The notes beneath the pieces were generated by a model. It saw only the letters and a program-made list of their open reading frames with translations, was not told where the DNA came from and did not search any database. Positions 1-10,239 of a DNA stretch of 64,000 nt are shown here, one piece after another. The position numbers and the translations under genes were made by a program. The stretch comes from Polyangiales bacterium. GTDB lineage: Bacteria; Myxococcota_A; Polyangia; Polyangiales; Polyangiaceae. Location of the stretch: positions 544,001 through 608,000 of the forward strand of contig JBBRLQ010000001.1 in NCBI GenBank assembly GCA_038231275.1. Direction: 5' to 3'. The first letter of the stretch is position 1, and every line of letters begins with the position of its first letter.

Positions 1-1
1 C

Positions 2-2605
2 CGTGTCGTGCTTCGCCTCACGCGCCTTGCCGAGCCAAAAATTCGCGCGCGTGTACGCGACCGGAAGCTCGAGGCCCATGCAGCTTCCCGCCGCGCGCTC
101 GAGCATCGTGACCGCCTCGTCCGTCCTTCCCGCGAGCAAATAGGTGCGACCGACCGCCGCCGTCGCCAGCGTCTTGGGCGTGTAGGCAGGGATCGTCCCG
201 CTGCCGAACGCGGCGATCGCGTCGGTCGCGTCGGCCGGCGTCTCGACGAGGGCGGCGCGTCCGTGCATCCATACGTAGCCATGTGCTTCGGGCACGAGGC
301 GCTTCTTCCACCCTTCGATCCACGTGTCCCGCTGCGCGCGGAGCTCTTCTGCCGTGATCTTTCCGGTCGCGCGCAGCGTGCGAAGCAGAAGAGGTTGGAG
401 ATCGTTGGCGAGCGCGAAGTCTTCGGCGAACGGCTCGGGCAGCCACGCCTCACGGCGCTTGCCGTACTGCGCGGCGTACGCGGAGGCCTCGGTCATCTGG
501 CCCGACTCGGTCAGGGCGTCGAGGATCGCGCGCGCGTGGAACTGGTGATCGGTCTCCGCCTGCGCGCTCGCTACGAGCTTCTCCATCGCCCGCGCGTTCC
601 GCAGCGCGTCGGTGAAGTCCCCTCGCACGAACGCGAGCAGCACCTTGTCGTAGAGCGTGCTCTTCGCGCGCTCGGACTCTGGTTCGACCGACTCCTTTTG
701 TCGGAGCGCCTCGTCCACCGACTCGACGGAGCGACCGCGCGCGTGAAGCGCCGCAGCGACGGCGAAGCGCCCGAGCGGATCTCTCCCGTCGACCGCGGTC
801 CATTGCTTGGCGTCCACCTCGACCGCCTCGCACCGGCCCTCGCCCTCGTTGAGGCAGATGCGGTTCCACAAGCAGCTCGTCGCCGCGTGCGACACCTCGA
901 GGCACTTGTCGAGCGCCGCGCGCGCCTTCGGAAGATCGCCGCGGTACGCGTTACCCTGCCCGAGCTGCCACCACGCGCGCGCGAAGCCGGGATCGATCTC
1001 GACGGCCTTTTGGAGCGACGGCAAGTCCTCCGCGATGAACTTCTCCGCGGTGGCGAGGCCCAGGTGGTAGTAGAGCTCCGCGTCGTTCGGGTACTTGTCC
1101 ACGACCTGCTGCAAACGCCGCGTCCGTTCGCCCATGTCGGCGTCTCGTTCGGCGATGAACGGCTCGAGCGCCCACAAAAACGCCTGATCGCGCGCCGTCA
1201 GCGATGAGCGCAGGCCCACCGCGCGGTTGTACGCGGCGCGCCCTTCGGTCGGCGACGCCTGGAACATGATGTGCGCGAGGCGCAGGTGCGCGGCCGCGAG
1301 GCTCGGATCGAGATCGACCGCCCGCTGGAACCGCGCGTCCACGCCGCCGACGCCGTCGCGGTACGCCTGCATCGCCGAACGATAGGCCGCCAGCGCGTCT
1401 CGGTTGGAGGTCGGCGGGTCCGGAAGATCGGTCATGGCGGTCGGCGCCGCGACCGCCACAGGGAGGTTCTGCACCGGCGGCGGCGGCTTTGGCGGGCGTG
1501 ACCACGCGGCGACACCTGCCGCGATCGCCGCGACCATCGCCACACCCGCGATCCCGACTCCTACGCGGCTCTTCGTCGCCGCCGTTGTCGGTGCGCCTGC
1601 GTCGAGCTTCGGCGAGCTCACCTCCGGCGCCGGCGTCGGGCTCGACGTGACCATCTCGGTCTCTTGCGCGGGCGGGAGCGGCAACGTCGGCTGCTGGCTC
1701 GTGACGGTTACGTCGCTCGAGGAGCCCGAGGCCAGCGGCTCGAGCATGCGCACGATCTCGTCCATCGACGAAAATCGCGCCTCCGCCGTCTTGGCGAGAG
1801 CGCGCCGCACGGTCCGCTCGACGGTCTCCGGCAAGCCCGACGTATCCATCGCCTCCGGCTCGCGTGTCAGCAGATCCGCGAGCGCCGCGAGCGAGTCGTC
1901 GCTGCGGCGCCACGGAGATTTTCCGCACAAAATCTCGTACGCGAGGACGCCCCACGCGAACTGATCCGAGCGCCCGTCCAGCGGATCGCCGCGCATCTGC
2001 TCGGGCGACATGTACCGCGGCGTCCCGATGACCACGCCCTTGCCGGTCAACGCCTCGAGACCCATCTGCTGTGTGGCGCCCTCCGGATCGACCGGCGCGT
2101 CCGGTCGCCGCGCGATGCCGAAGTCGAGCACCTTCACGACGCCGTCGTCGCGCACCATCACGTTCTCGGGCTTGATGTCGCGGTGCACGAGGCCGCGCTT
2201 ATGTGCCGCCGCCAGCGCTCGCGCGACGTCGACGAGCCAGCGCAGGCGCTTCTCCCACGGCACCGGCGGCATCGCGGAGAGCGCGCGCAGCGACTGCCCT
2301 TCGATGAGCTCCATCGCGATGTAGGGCACACCCTCGACCTCGCCCACGTCGAAAATGGACACGGCGTTCGGGTGGTCGAGCGCCGCCGCCGCGCGCGCCT
2401 CTCGGAGCATCCGCGCCGCGCCCTCCGACGAATTCCCCGCGCTCGCCCCGCTCCGCGGTGCCTCCCCGTCGCGCTGGCTCAGCACCTTCCGCGCGACGCG
2501 CCGGTGCAGCCTCGGATCGTACGCGCGGTACACCTTCCCCATGCCGCCCTCGCCGAGGAGCGCTTCGATCGAGTACCGGTCGAAGTTGTCACCGGGCGAG
2601 AGCAC
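2..2605 (-). CDS. Ser/Thr protein kinase with C-terminal TPR-like region (3' end runs off the window)
   Basis: Not in the ORF track. Manual translation from GTG 2605 gives MLSPGDNFDRYSIEALLGEGGMGKVYRA...LVHRDIKPENV...VKVLDFGI; the same frame reads FWLGKAREAKHDT at the window edge. Confidence 0.92.
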   Translation of the reverse strand, partial: MLSPGDNFDRYSIEALLGEGGMGKVYRAYDPRLHRRVARKVLSQRDGEAPRSGASAGNSSEGAARMLREARAAAALDHPNAVSIFDVGEVEGVPYIAMELIEGQSLRALSAMPPVPWEKRLRWLVDVARALAAAHKRGLVHRDIKPENVMVRDDGVVKVLDFGIARRPDAPVDPEGATQQMGLEALTGKGVVIGTPRYMSPEQMRGDPLDGRSDQFAWGVLAYEILCGKSPWRRSDDSLAALADLLTREPEAMDTSGLPETVERTVRRALAKTAEARFSSMDEIVRMLEPLASGSSSDVTVTSQQPTLPLPPAQETEMVTSSPTPAPEVSSPKLDAGAPTTAATKSRVGVGIAGVAMVAAIAAGVAAWSRPPKPPPPVQNLPVAVAAPTAMTDLPDPPTSNRDALAAYRSAMQAYRDGVGGVDARFQRAVDLDPSLAAAHLRLAHIMFQASPTEGRAAYNRAVGLRSSLTARDQAFLWALEPFIAERDADMGERTRRLQQVVDKYPNDAELYYHLGLATAEKFIAEDLPSLQKAVEIDPGFARAWWQLGQGNAYRGDLPKARAALDKCLEVSHAATSCLWNRICLNEGEGRCEAVEVDAKQWTAVDGRDPLGRFAVAAALHARGRSVESVDEALRQKESVEPESERAKSTLYDKVLLAFVRGDFTDALRNARAMEKLVASAQAETDHQFHARAILDALTESGQMTEASAYAAQYGKRREAWLPEPFAEDFALANDLQPLLLRTLRATGKITAEELRAQRDTWIEGWKKRLVPEAHGYVWMHGRAALVETPADATDAIAAFGSGTIPAYTPKTLATAAVGRTYLLAGRTDEAVTMLERAAGSCMGLELPVAYTRANFWLGKAREAKHDT

Positions 2606-2641
2606 AGCCTCAAGGGTATCCGCGCGGGCCCCTCGCGGCAG

Positions 2642-3676
2642 CTATTTCACGGCGGTCGGCACGCACACCTGATCCGATGCGATCACGGAGTAGGTGGCCT
2701 CCGGCGGGTACGCGTAGCCGAAGACCTCGCACATCTCGTTGTCGCCGATGCCGTAGGTGATGGTCTTGTCGAACGTGTTGTTCCACGTGCACGCGAACGT
2801 CACGCCGGTGCCCTGCCCGCCTTGCGAGAGATCGAGCGCGGGCGCGAACTGCACGACCACGCCTTTCTCGGGATCGTAGCCCTTGGACGAGATGAAATCG
2901 GCGCCGTCGCTCGGCCCACCGACCACGGTGGCCTCGAGCTTCGTCCCGAGCTTGTGCATGTGCGGCAGCGCCGAGACGAGGTTCATCGCCTTCGGGAAAT
3001 TGCACGGCGCGCTCTTGGCGGTGAACGTGGACTTCGGCGGGATGGAGAACTCTTTGTAGACCCAGACGAACGGCGCGATCTCGTGGCTGATCTTCGCCTC
3101 GTCGATCGTGAACCACTCGTACGTCGGCGCGACGGTCACCGGATGATCGGTCGCGTTCAGGTAGTGCATGCGCGCGACGATCTCGAAGCCGTCTTTGATG
3201 CGGAAGCCCATCCCCGGCGGGAAGCTCTGCCACTCCTCGCCCGACAGCTGCGTCGACGACGCGAAGAGGACCGCGCCGCCGTTCACGATGTCGATGCCCT
3301 CACCGCCGAAGGTCGCGGTCGTGTCGGCCGGGCACTCGCGCGTGCCGCTGCCGGTCTTCGGGCGCGTCGTGATGTTGCCGTGGTGCATGCCCGGGCCGAC
3401 CTTGATGTGCCCGCCGCCGACGATCTTCGACGGGCCGCTCGCCGCGAGATCGAAGAGCCAGCACGGGGTCTTCTCCTCGCCCGGCTGCAGCGTCACTTCG
3501 GGCAGCTGCGCCGAGAACGAGCCGACCTGGTTCTGCGGAGGTTGCTTCGTCGGAGGCAGGCCTTGCCCATACGTCCCGGGCGCCGCGTCGGCCGCGGTGC
3601 TGCCGGACTTGGCCCCGCCGCACGCGGCCACTGCCGCAATCGTCACGAAAAGAAGCGTCCACGCTGCTGCACGCAT
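2642..3676 (-). CDS. Lipoprotein with PHM/DBH-like (copper type II monooxygenase) domains
   Basis: Lipobox VAAC; motifs GMHHGNI, RMHYLN, PHMHKLG and NEMCEVF match the CuH/CuM ligand pattern. Confidence 0.75.
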   Translation of the reverse strand: MRAAAWTLLFVTIAAVAACGGAKSGSTAADAAPGTYGQGLPPTKQPPQNQVGSFSAQLPEVTLQPGEEKTPCWLFDLAASGPSKIVGGGHIKVGPGMHHGNITTRPKTGSGTRECPADTTATFGGEGIDIVNGGAVLFASSTQLSGEEWQSFPPGMGFRIKDGFEIVARMHYLNATDHPVTVAPTYEWFTIDEAKISHEIAPFVWVYKEFSIPPKSTFTAKSAPCNFPKAMNLVSALPHMHKLGTKLEATVVGGPSDGADFISSKGYDPEKGVVVQFAPALDLSQGGQGTGVTFACTWNNTFDKTITYGIGDNEMCEVFGYAYPPEATYSVIASDQVCVPTAVK

Positions 3677-3768
3677 TTCGTTTCCTCCGCAAACACAGAA
3701 TTATTTTGCGTGCGAACCTTATGCGCGCGAAATCATTGCCGGTCAAGACGCGCCAGGAGACGCGAGGG

Positions 3769-5625
3769 CTACTTCAGGCCCAGCTTCAGGCGATCGATGA
3801 TCGTCTTCATCGCCGGGCGATAGCCGTACAGCGGATCATCGGGCGCGGTCGGCGTGGTGTGGATCGGGCAGAGCGAGGCGACGACCGCCTGATCGCCGAG
3901 GGCGTGCGCCACCTCGAGCTCGCGCACCGGCGGGTAGGCTTTGCCGCGCAGCTGGATCGTCGCCCGCTTCGCGTCGCACACCGGCGAGGGCTTCGTCGCG
4001 CAGTCGCACCCGCGCTGGCCCGACGTGCAGTCGCGCGGCGTCGCGAGGGGGAAGGTGCATGCATACTGCAAGTCACCGTTCGACGTGTCCCACTCGCGCC
4101 CGTGGATCGGATCGGCGTCGTTGGGCGAGCCGACTTTTGGGAGCCCCGCGCGCGGCGTGATCGACTCGAGCATGTGCGGATCGATGTCGCGGAAGTCGTA
4201 CGCTGCCGGATCGCGCCCGAGGAGGCGCAGCCAGTCCGACGGCGCCAGCCGGCTCGCCTCCGGGCTCGTCGGATCGAAATGGAGGAGCGGGTTCGGCACG
4301 CCGCCGATGACCGCGAAGTACACGAGATCGAGCGCGCGCGGTCCGCGCCCCAGGTTGCAGAGCTCCCCCTTCGCGTCGCTCGGCAGGCTCTTGGCGAAGA
4401 GCGGATTGGTGCAGTTCTTGGTGCCGACGTACGCGCTCGCGTTCTTGGGGTGCTCGCCCTCGCGGTTCGGCACCGTGGGGCTCGTCAGCGCGTCGACGTA
4501 GCGCTGAACGGGGAACTGCGGGTCGACGCCGAAGCGCTGCTTCATGTGGAAAAAGCGCACGTTCGACGACTCTTCGCCGGACACGTAGTAGCCGCCGTTC
4601 ACGAGGCACTTTGGATCGGTATGCGCGCCGGTGAGGAGGCACGACGTGCACGCGGGATCGTTCGGGCTGGCGGTGCACGGCGTCGTCGGGTGCGGCGGAT
4701 GGCCGTCGGGTGAGTCGGGAAACTGAACGGCCTCGTACATCCACGCCCGCTGCTCGATCGCCATCGGGTCGACCGTCGAGTCGTTCTCGTCGGTGAGGAG
4801 CACGATCGCGACGAGCGAGTCGGGACGGAGAAAATCGTGGCGCTGCTGCAAGATGATCGAGTCCACGCCGACGAGCGCCGCCTTCTGCCCGGAGACGACG
4901 ATGTCGTCGTAGGGATCGGGCTGGATCAAGAAGCGGTACCAGCTCTCGAGCTGCGCCTCGAAGCCGCACCCGAACTCGTGCACGCCGGCGACCAGATCCT
5001 GAAAGTCCGCCTCGAAGCGCGCGGGATCGGTGATCGGCGTGACCGCGGGCGGCGCGCCGTTCTTGCCGCTCGGCGGGAACCACGCGAGAAAATTCGAAGG
5101 CGCCATGTCGCCGATCGGGTGCTCGTCGGCGCCGCCGCGCATGATGAGGTGGCCCTTGTCGTCGTTGTGGGCGTCGAGGTTGGGGTTGGTCGGGTTCGCG
5201 TCGATCCCGCAGTTGTCGCTGCCGCGTCCGCCGAGCGACGACGTGACGATGCCGACATGGAGATCGTGCACCGCCGGGAACTCGAGGACGCCTTTCGCGC
5301 ACACGCCGCCCACCGACTTGCCGAGCACCGTGTTTGCATCGGCGGCGTCGACGCAGCGCGGGTTCACGAGGCGATCCACGAGGTCGGGGACCGCCTCTTT
5401 GAGGAGCACCTGCTTGTCGGCCATCGACGCCGAGTTGTCGATCATGAAGAGGAGGTCGATCTTGTCGGCCGGCGACAGGTGGCGCGAAATGACACCAGCG
5501 TCCCCACCATCCGTGACGTCGGCGCCCTGGTCCACGAGAAGTCCCGTCCTCGCCCCGCACGCGCCGCCCGCCAGCGGAACGCAAAAAATCGCGGCAAAGG
5601 CGGCAAAGAGGGACATCCTGCGCAT
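3769..5625 (-). CDS. Myxobacterial VWA-domain lipoprotein (CglB-like)
   Basis: Likely start MRRMSLFAAF at 5625, lipobox GGAC, MIDAS-type KIDLLFMIDNSASM, Cys-rich. The longer 5' extension in the track is antisense to other genes. Confidence 0.8.
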   Translation of the reverse strand: MRRMSLFAAFAAIFCVPLAGGACGARTGLLVDQGADVTDGGDAGVISRHLSPADKIDLLFMIDNSASMADKQVLLKEAVPDLVDRLVNPRCVDAADANTVLGKSVGGVCAKGVLEFPAVHDLHVGIVTSSLGGRGSDNCGIDANPTNPNLDAHNDDKGHLIMRGGADEHPIGDMAPSNFLAWFPPSGKNGAPPAVTPITDPARFEADFQDLVAGVHEFGCGFEAQLESWYRFLIQPDPYDDIVVSGQKAALVGVDSIILQQRHDFLRPDSLVAIVLLTDENDSTVDPMAIEQRAWMYEAVQFPDSPDGHPPHPTTPCTASPNDPACTSCLLTGAHTDPKCLVNGGYYVSGEESSNVRFFHMKQRFGVDPQFPVQRYVDALTSPTVPNREGEHPKNASAYVGTKNCTNPLFAKSLPSDAKGELCNLGRGPRALDLVYFAVIGGVPNPLLHFDPTSPEASRLAPSDWLRLLGRDPAAYDFRDIDPHMLESITPRAGLPKVGSPNDADPIHGREWDTSNGDLQYACTFPLATPRDCTSGQRGCDCATKPSPVCDAKRATIQLRGKAYPPVRELEVAHALGDQAVVASLCPIHTTPTAPDDPLYGYRPAMKTIIDRLKLGLK

Positions 5626-5725
5626 CGTTTTCACGGCTCCGCGTGCGGGCAGCGTTGGATCGTAGCGTTGCGCCAAAGCAAATGGCCAGCCACTACCAGG
5701 AGGCGGACGTAAAGAAAGCAGAGCG

Positions 5726-5741
5726 TGGCAAAGGTTGTGCA
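5726..5741 (+). promoter_or_regulatory. Candidate sigma54 promoter
   Basis: TGGCAAAGGTTGTGCA fits GG-N10-GC, 37 bp before ATG 5779. Confidence 0.45.
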
Positions 5742-5778
5742 TTACACTCTCGCGGACGACGGGGGTTGGAGGACAACA

Positions 5779-6099
5779 ATGCGAGGGTATTGGGGCCGTT
5801 ACGAACTGTGCGAGCACGAGGCCGACGATCAGGACTGCGACGGCGCGTCTCTTCACTTCTCGCTCCTCGAAGTCGAGTACGAGCACATCCCGCAGGAGCC
5901 TGGGCAGGTTCGCGTCGTGGACCCGGAGATCGGCCCGGTAGACGCGATCGACGTCCGCGCCAGCGCCGACGACGCCCGCCGTCGCCTCGCGGACAACCTC
6001 CGCTACCTCGCGGTCGACCTCGAGAAACAGATGCGCGAGGTCGAGTACGCCTCGCGCCGCGTCCTCGAAGGTCCGCTCGAGCCGCTTCGTCTGCGCTAA
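5779..6099 (+). CDS. Hypothetical acidic protein (106 aa)
   Basis: GGAGG RBS before ATG 5779; high-GC3 codon usage; fills the gap between genes. Confidence 0.7.
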   Translation: MRGYWGRYELCEHEADDQDCDGASLHFSLLEVEYEHIPQEPGQVRVVDPEIGPVDAIDVRASADDARRRLADNLRYLAVDLEKQMREVEYASRRVLEGPLEPLRLR

Positions 6100-6126
6100 G
6101 CGAGAAGACCAGAGGAGAGGCCGACC

Positions 6127-7479
6127 ATGAGGCGTGCGGTCGTTGCGGTCGGGCTTGGGATGTGGGGCGCGGCGTGCACCTCTAGTCTCCCTGCGCAGCT
6201 CGTCACTGACGCGGGCACGCCGTCGACGGTCGACGCCGGCGCCGACGCGGACGCCGCAGCATGCGCGCCGCAGGCGTTCACCGACACGCTGCGCCCCAAG
6301 CGTGACGCGTGCACCTTCGCGGCGGGCGCCACGGCGGCGGACACGCTCGGCCTGACCGAAGACGCGCGAAAGGCGATCCCGATCAAGCACGTCATCGTGC
6401 TGATGAAGGAGAACCGCTCCTTCGATCACATCCTCGGCCAGCTCTCCAAGTCCGGCCAGGCCGACGCCGAGCCCGTGCCGGCGACCTGGGCCAGCGTCGA
6501 CAAGAACGGCGTGTCGGTCCCTCCTTCGCACGCCGCCACCACGTGCGCGAAGGCCGATCCGCCGCACCAGTGGACGAACATGCACGCCATGGTGAACGGC
6601 GGAAAGATGGACGGCTTCGTCACCAACGGGACCCTGTCCGATCCGCCGACGGACGGGCGCTTCACGATGGAGTTCTTGGACGCGACCGACATTCCTTTCT
6701 ACTACTGGCTCGCGAATACGTTCGCGGTCGCCGACCACCATTTTCCGTCCGTGCTCTCTGGAACGTGGGCGAACCGCGATTACCTCGTCGCGGCGACGTC
6801 GCACGGTACGAAGAACACGACGAGCGATCCGATGCTCAACGGCGTGCCGATCCTCTTCGACGCGCTCGAGCAGGCCGGCGTCACGTGGGAGGTGTACACC
6901 GACGATCTCGCGCCGCTCGAGTTCTCGGTGGCGTGGGGGAAGCGCAAGGTCTGGAAGCCGGTGCAGAAGCTCCTCGACGATCTCGCCGCCGGCACGCTGC
7001 CGTCCGTCGCGTTCGTCGACTCGACGAGCGATTTCACGCCGCCGGTGAGGGACGAGCATCCGCCGGCCGACGTGCAGGTCGGTGAGGCGTGGACGCGATC
7101 CATCTACGACGCGACCGTGAAGAGCCCGCTGTGGCCGACGACCGCGCTCTTCTACACGTACGACGAAGCGGGCGGCTTCGGCGATCACGTGCCGCCGCCC
7201 AAGAGCTGCGCGCCGAGCGCGGACCAGGCGGAGTTCACGGAGCTCGGCGTTCGCGTGCCGCTCGTCGTGGTGTCGCCGTTTGCGCGCCGTCACTTCGTCT
7301 CGCACGTCGTGCACGAGCACACGTCGATCCTCCGGTTCATCGAGGCGCTCTACGGACTGCCGGCGCTCACGGCGCGCGACGCGAACAGCGACGCGATGCT
7401 CGACATGTTCGATTTCGGCTGCGCGAGCACGGCGCCGCTCACCGATCCGCCGGTCGCCGGCACCGGGCGCTGCCCGTAG
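6127..7479 (+). CDS. Phospholipase C / phosphoesterase family lipoprotein
   Basis: IKHVIVLMKENRSFDH, TYDEAGGFGDHVPPP and GVRVPLVVVSPF motifs; lipobox GAAC. Confidence 0.92.
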   Translation: MRRAVVAVGLGMWGAACTSSLPAQLVTDAGTPSTVDAGADADAAACAPQAFTDTLRPKRDACTFAAGATAADTLGLTEDARKAIPIKHVIVLMKENRSFDHILGQLSKSGQADAEPVPATWASVDKNGVSVPPSHAATTCAKADPPHQWTNMHAMVNGGKMDGFVTNGTLSDPPTDGRFTMEFLDATDIPFYYWLANTFAVADHHFPSVLSGTWANRDYLVAATSHGTKNTTSDPMLNGVPILFDALEQAGVTWEVYTDDLAPLEFSVAWGKRKVWKPVQKLLDDLAAGTLPSVAFVDSTSDFTPPVRDEHPPADVQVGEAWTRSIYDATVKSPLWPTTALFYTYDEAGGFGDHVPPPKSCAPSADQAEFTELGVRVPLVVVSPFARRHFVSHVVHEHTSILRFIEALYGLPALTARDANSDAMLDMFDFGCASTAPLTDPPVAGTGRCP

Positions 7480-7635
7480 CGCCGTAGCCCCACGAGCCTC
7501 CGCCTGCATGTGCGAGGGAAACCGCATATCTCAAACCCCCTTGTTTTCGAGCTGATCGCCGAGATCGGCAACATTCGGCGGAACTATTCCCCGGCGTCCC
7601 TGTCCTATCCGCTCGAGAGGACGGGACAGGGAAAA

Positions 7636-9648
7636 ATGAACAAGCCGGCGCTCACGTTTTGCATCTATCAGGGGTCTACTTTGGTTCGTCGTGAGACGGT
7701 CCGTCAGGACATCGTCAAGATCGGCAAGGACCCCAAGAGCCACCTGCGCGTCGACTGCGACGTCGCGGCGCGGATGCACGCGGTCCTCGAGGTGAACGGC
7801 ACCGGCGACCTCACGCTGATCGATCTCGGCAACGAGCCGGGCACGCAGGTGAACGGTCAGCGCATCAACAAGTGCCACCTCCGCGTCGGCGACAAGGTGC
7901 AGATCGGCAGCTCGACGTTCGTCCTCGAGTCGGTCACCGACGCGCCGGCCACGAGCGACGTGCAGGTCCCCGCCTCGGCCGCGCCGCAAGCGGCTGCGAG
8001 CCCCGCGCCCCTTTTCAACGCGCCGCTCTTCGCGCCGCTGGCCCCCCAAAACCCGTTCCTCGCGCCGATGGTCCACGTCGCCGCGTCTCCGGTCCTCGCC
8101 GTCGAGCAGCTCGAGGGGGACGAAGGCTACGCGATGATCAAGAGCGGCCCGTCGCCGCACGCCGAGGAGGTCGAGCTCACGCACGTGTCGGCCATCGAGG
8201 TCATGATCAAGTGGGACACCAACGTCCTCCATGTCGCGCACCTCTCGCCGATCCGCTCCTTCTTCGTGGGCGAGCGCGACGTGAAGGGCCAGGCCTGTGA
8301 CTTCCTCCTCCCCGCCGACGTCCTCGGCGCGGCGCGTACTCCGGTCGTCGTCGAGCGCGCGGGTGGCGCGTGGCTCGTCGTGCCCCGCGGCGCGACCGGC
8401 ACCATCGCAATGCCGAATGAGGCGAGCGTCCCGGTGGCCGACATGATCGCCACTGGCCGCGCGCGTCCGTCGCTCGAGGTGAGCGGCGCGCACGAGGTCG
8501 AGCTCCTCCCCGGCACGCGCGCCAAGATCACGCTGCCGAACAGCGAGATCTCGTTCGACGTGAACGCAGTCAACGCCGGCAAGAAGGTCGCCGCCGGCTT
8601 CCTCGCGTCGATGGAAGCGAGCGCGTACCGCCACGTCGGGCTCTCGCTCTTCGCGCACCTCGGCATCGTCGCGTCGCTCGCCTTCTTCATGCCGCGCATG
8701 AGCGCCGACGACGCGGAGGGCATCGACCGCGAGTACATGTCGCACATGCTCCACGCCGCCGACGCGAACGCGCTCGTCGAGCAGGAGAAGCTCGACGAGC
8801 AGAAGACCGCCGACGATCTGGCGAGCGGCGGCGAGGGCAAGCGCGCGGAAAAGGAAGAGGGCCAGATGGGCAAGGACACCGCCCAGCCCGCGAACAAGCA
8901 CTGGTCGCTCGCCGGCCCCGCCGACACGAAGGACCCGAAGCTCGCGCGCGAGAAGGCGCTCCGTGAGGCGGCCGACTGGGGAATGATTGGTCTCCTCGCG
9001 ATGGATCGCGGCGCCGTCAACGCGCCGACCGCGGCGTGGGGCGACGACACGGCCATCGGCAAGGACGCGGCGAACCACCTCGGCCAGATGTGGGGCGCGG
9101 AAGCGGGTGACGCGTGGGGCCTCGGCGGCCTCGGCCTCTCCGGAGCCGGCGAGGGCGGCGGCGGCATCTACAAGGGCATCGGCCTCGACAAGATCGGCAC
9201 GCTCGGCCACGGCGGCGGCTGCATCGAGATGCCCGGCAAGCCCTGCGGCATCGGCTTCGGCCCCGGCGGCGAGGGCATCGGCCACGGCAGCAAGCTCCCG
9301 CGCGATCACACGCCCAAGGCGCTCCCGATTCGCGAGAGCAAGGTCGAGGTCAACGGCCGCCTCCCGCCCGAGGTCATCCAGCGCATCGTGCGCCAGAACT
9401 TCGGCCGCTTCCGCAACTGCTACGAGTCGAGCCTTCGTACGAACCCGAGCCTCACCGGCCGCGTCGCCGTGAAATTCGTGATCGGCCGTGACGGCAGCGT
9501 GATGATGGCGAGCGACGGCGGCTCGGACCTCCCGGATCAGGGCGTCGTGCAGTGCGTGACGCGCGGCTTCCAGAACCTGTCGTTCCCGTCCCCCGAGGGC
9601 GGCGTCGTCACCGTCGTCTACCCGCTCGTCTTCAGCCCCGCGGGCTGA
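7636..9648 (+). CDS. FHA + TM + AgmX/PglI (TonB-like) C-terminal domain protein, GltG-like gliding-motility paralog
   Basis: N-terminal FHA (KIGK...RMHA...DLG...GTQVNG), a TM helix, a Gly-rich linker and C-terminal GRLPPEVIQRIVRQNFGRFRNCYE...FPSPEGG. Confidence 0.85.
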   Translation: MNKPALTFCIYQGSTLVRRETVRQDIVKIGKDPKSHLRVDCDVAARMHAVLEVNGTGDLTLIDLGNEPGTQVNGQRINKCHLRVGDKVQIGSSTFVLESVTDAPATSDVQVPASAAPQAAASPAPLFNAPLFAPLAPQNPFLAPMVHVAASPVLAVEQLEGDEGYAMIKSGPSPHAEEVELTHVSAIEVMIKWDTNVLHVAHLSPIRSFFVGERDVKGQACDFLLPADVLGAARTPVVVERAGGAWLVVPRGATGTIAMPNEASVPVADMIATGRARPSLEVSGAHEVELLPGTRAKITLPNSEISFDVNAVNAGKKVAAGFLASMEASAYRHVGLSLFAHLGIVASLAFFMPRMSADDAEGIDREYMSHMLHAADANALVEQEKLDEQKTADDLASGGEGKRAEKEEGQMGKDTAQPANKHWSLAGPADTKDPKLAREKALREAADWGMIGLLAMDRGAVNAPTAAWGDDTAIGKDAANHLGQMWGAEAGDAWGLGGLGLSGAGEGGGGIYKGIGLDKIGTLGHGGGCIEMPGKPCGIGFGPGGEGIGHGSKLPRDHTPKALPIRESKVEVNGRLPPEVIQRIVRQNFGRFRNCYESSLRTNPSLTGRVAVKFVIGRDGSVMMASDGGSDLPDQGVVQCVTRGFQNLSFPSPEGGVVTVVYPLVFSPAG

Positions 9649-9737
9649 GGTCGGCTCCCGCGAGACCTGCCGCGACCTGCGGCGTGGACAATCGGCCCTC
9701 CCGGCGTCATCCTTGGCGTCCGCGGAGGGCCGTCGCC

Positions 9738-10169
9738 ATGTCTCAGCAAGGAAGCCGCTTCAAGTCGTTCGAGGAGTTCTGGCCGTACTACGTCAAGGAG
9801 CACAGCAAGAAGTCGACGCGCGTGCTGCACTTCATCGGCACGACCGCGGCGATGGCCTGCGTCGCCGGCGGCCTCCTCACGAAGCGACGCTGGCTCCTCG
9901 CCGTCGCGCCGTTCGCGGGCTACGGCCCCGCGTGGGTCAGCCACTTCTTCATCGAAAAGAACCGCCCCGCCACGTTCACGTACCCGCTCTGGAGCCTCAA
10001 GGCGGATCTCGTCATGTGGAGCAAGATGGCGATGGGGAAGATGGACGCCGAGGTCCAGCGCGTCCTCGCCGCGGACGAGGCCGTGAAGGACGCGTCCGAG
10101 AAGGGCGAGCGTGAGGCGCGTGAGGATGGCCCGGTTCGCGTCGACGCCCCGTCCGGCACGGTGAACTGA
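9738..10169 (+). CDS. DUF962/Mpo1-like membrane protein
   Basis: FEEFWPYYVKEH...LHFIGT...AWVSHFFIEKNRPATF. Confidence 0.88.
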   Translation: MSQQGSRFKSFEEFWPYYVKEHSKKSTRVLHFIGTTAAMACVAGGLLTKRRWLLAVAPFAGYGPAWVSHFFIEKNRPATFTYPLWSLKADLVMWSKMAMGKMDAEVQRVLAADEAVKDASEKGEREAREDGPVRVDAPSGTVN

Positions 10170-10239
10170 AGGACGGCGACGGGGTCGGGCGCGCCGTCGG
10201 CGAGGCGCAGTAACCGGCTGGAAGTTCGACACGATCGGC

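Noticed and set aside
8-3823. Long plus-strand ORFs 8..1207 and 1664..3823
   Set aside because: They are antisense shadows of the minus-strand kinase and copper-enzyme genes: Arg-rich, motif-free and typical of high-GC DNA.
5626-7527. 5' extension that makes the VWA ORF 1252 aa
   Set aside because: It is antisense to the phosphoesterase and the 5779 gene; the signal peptide begins at 5625.
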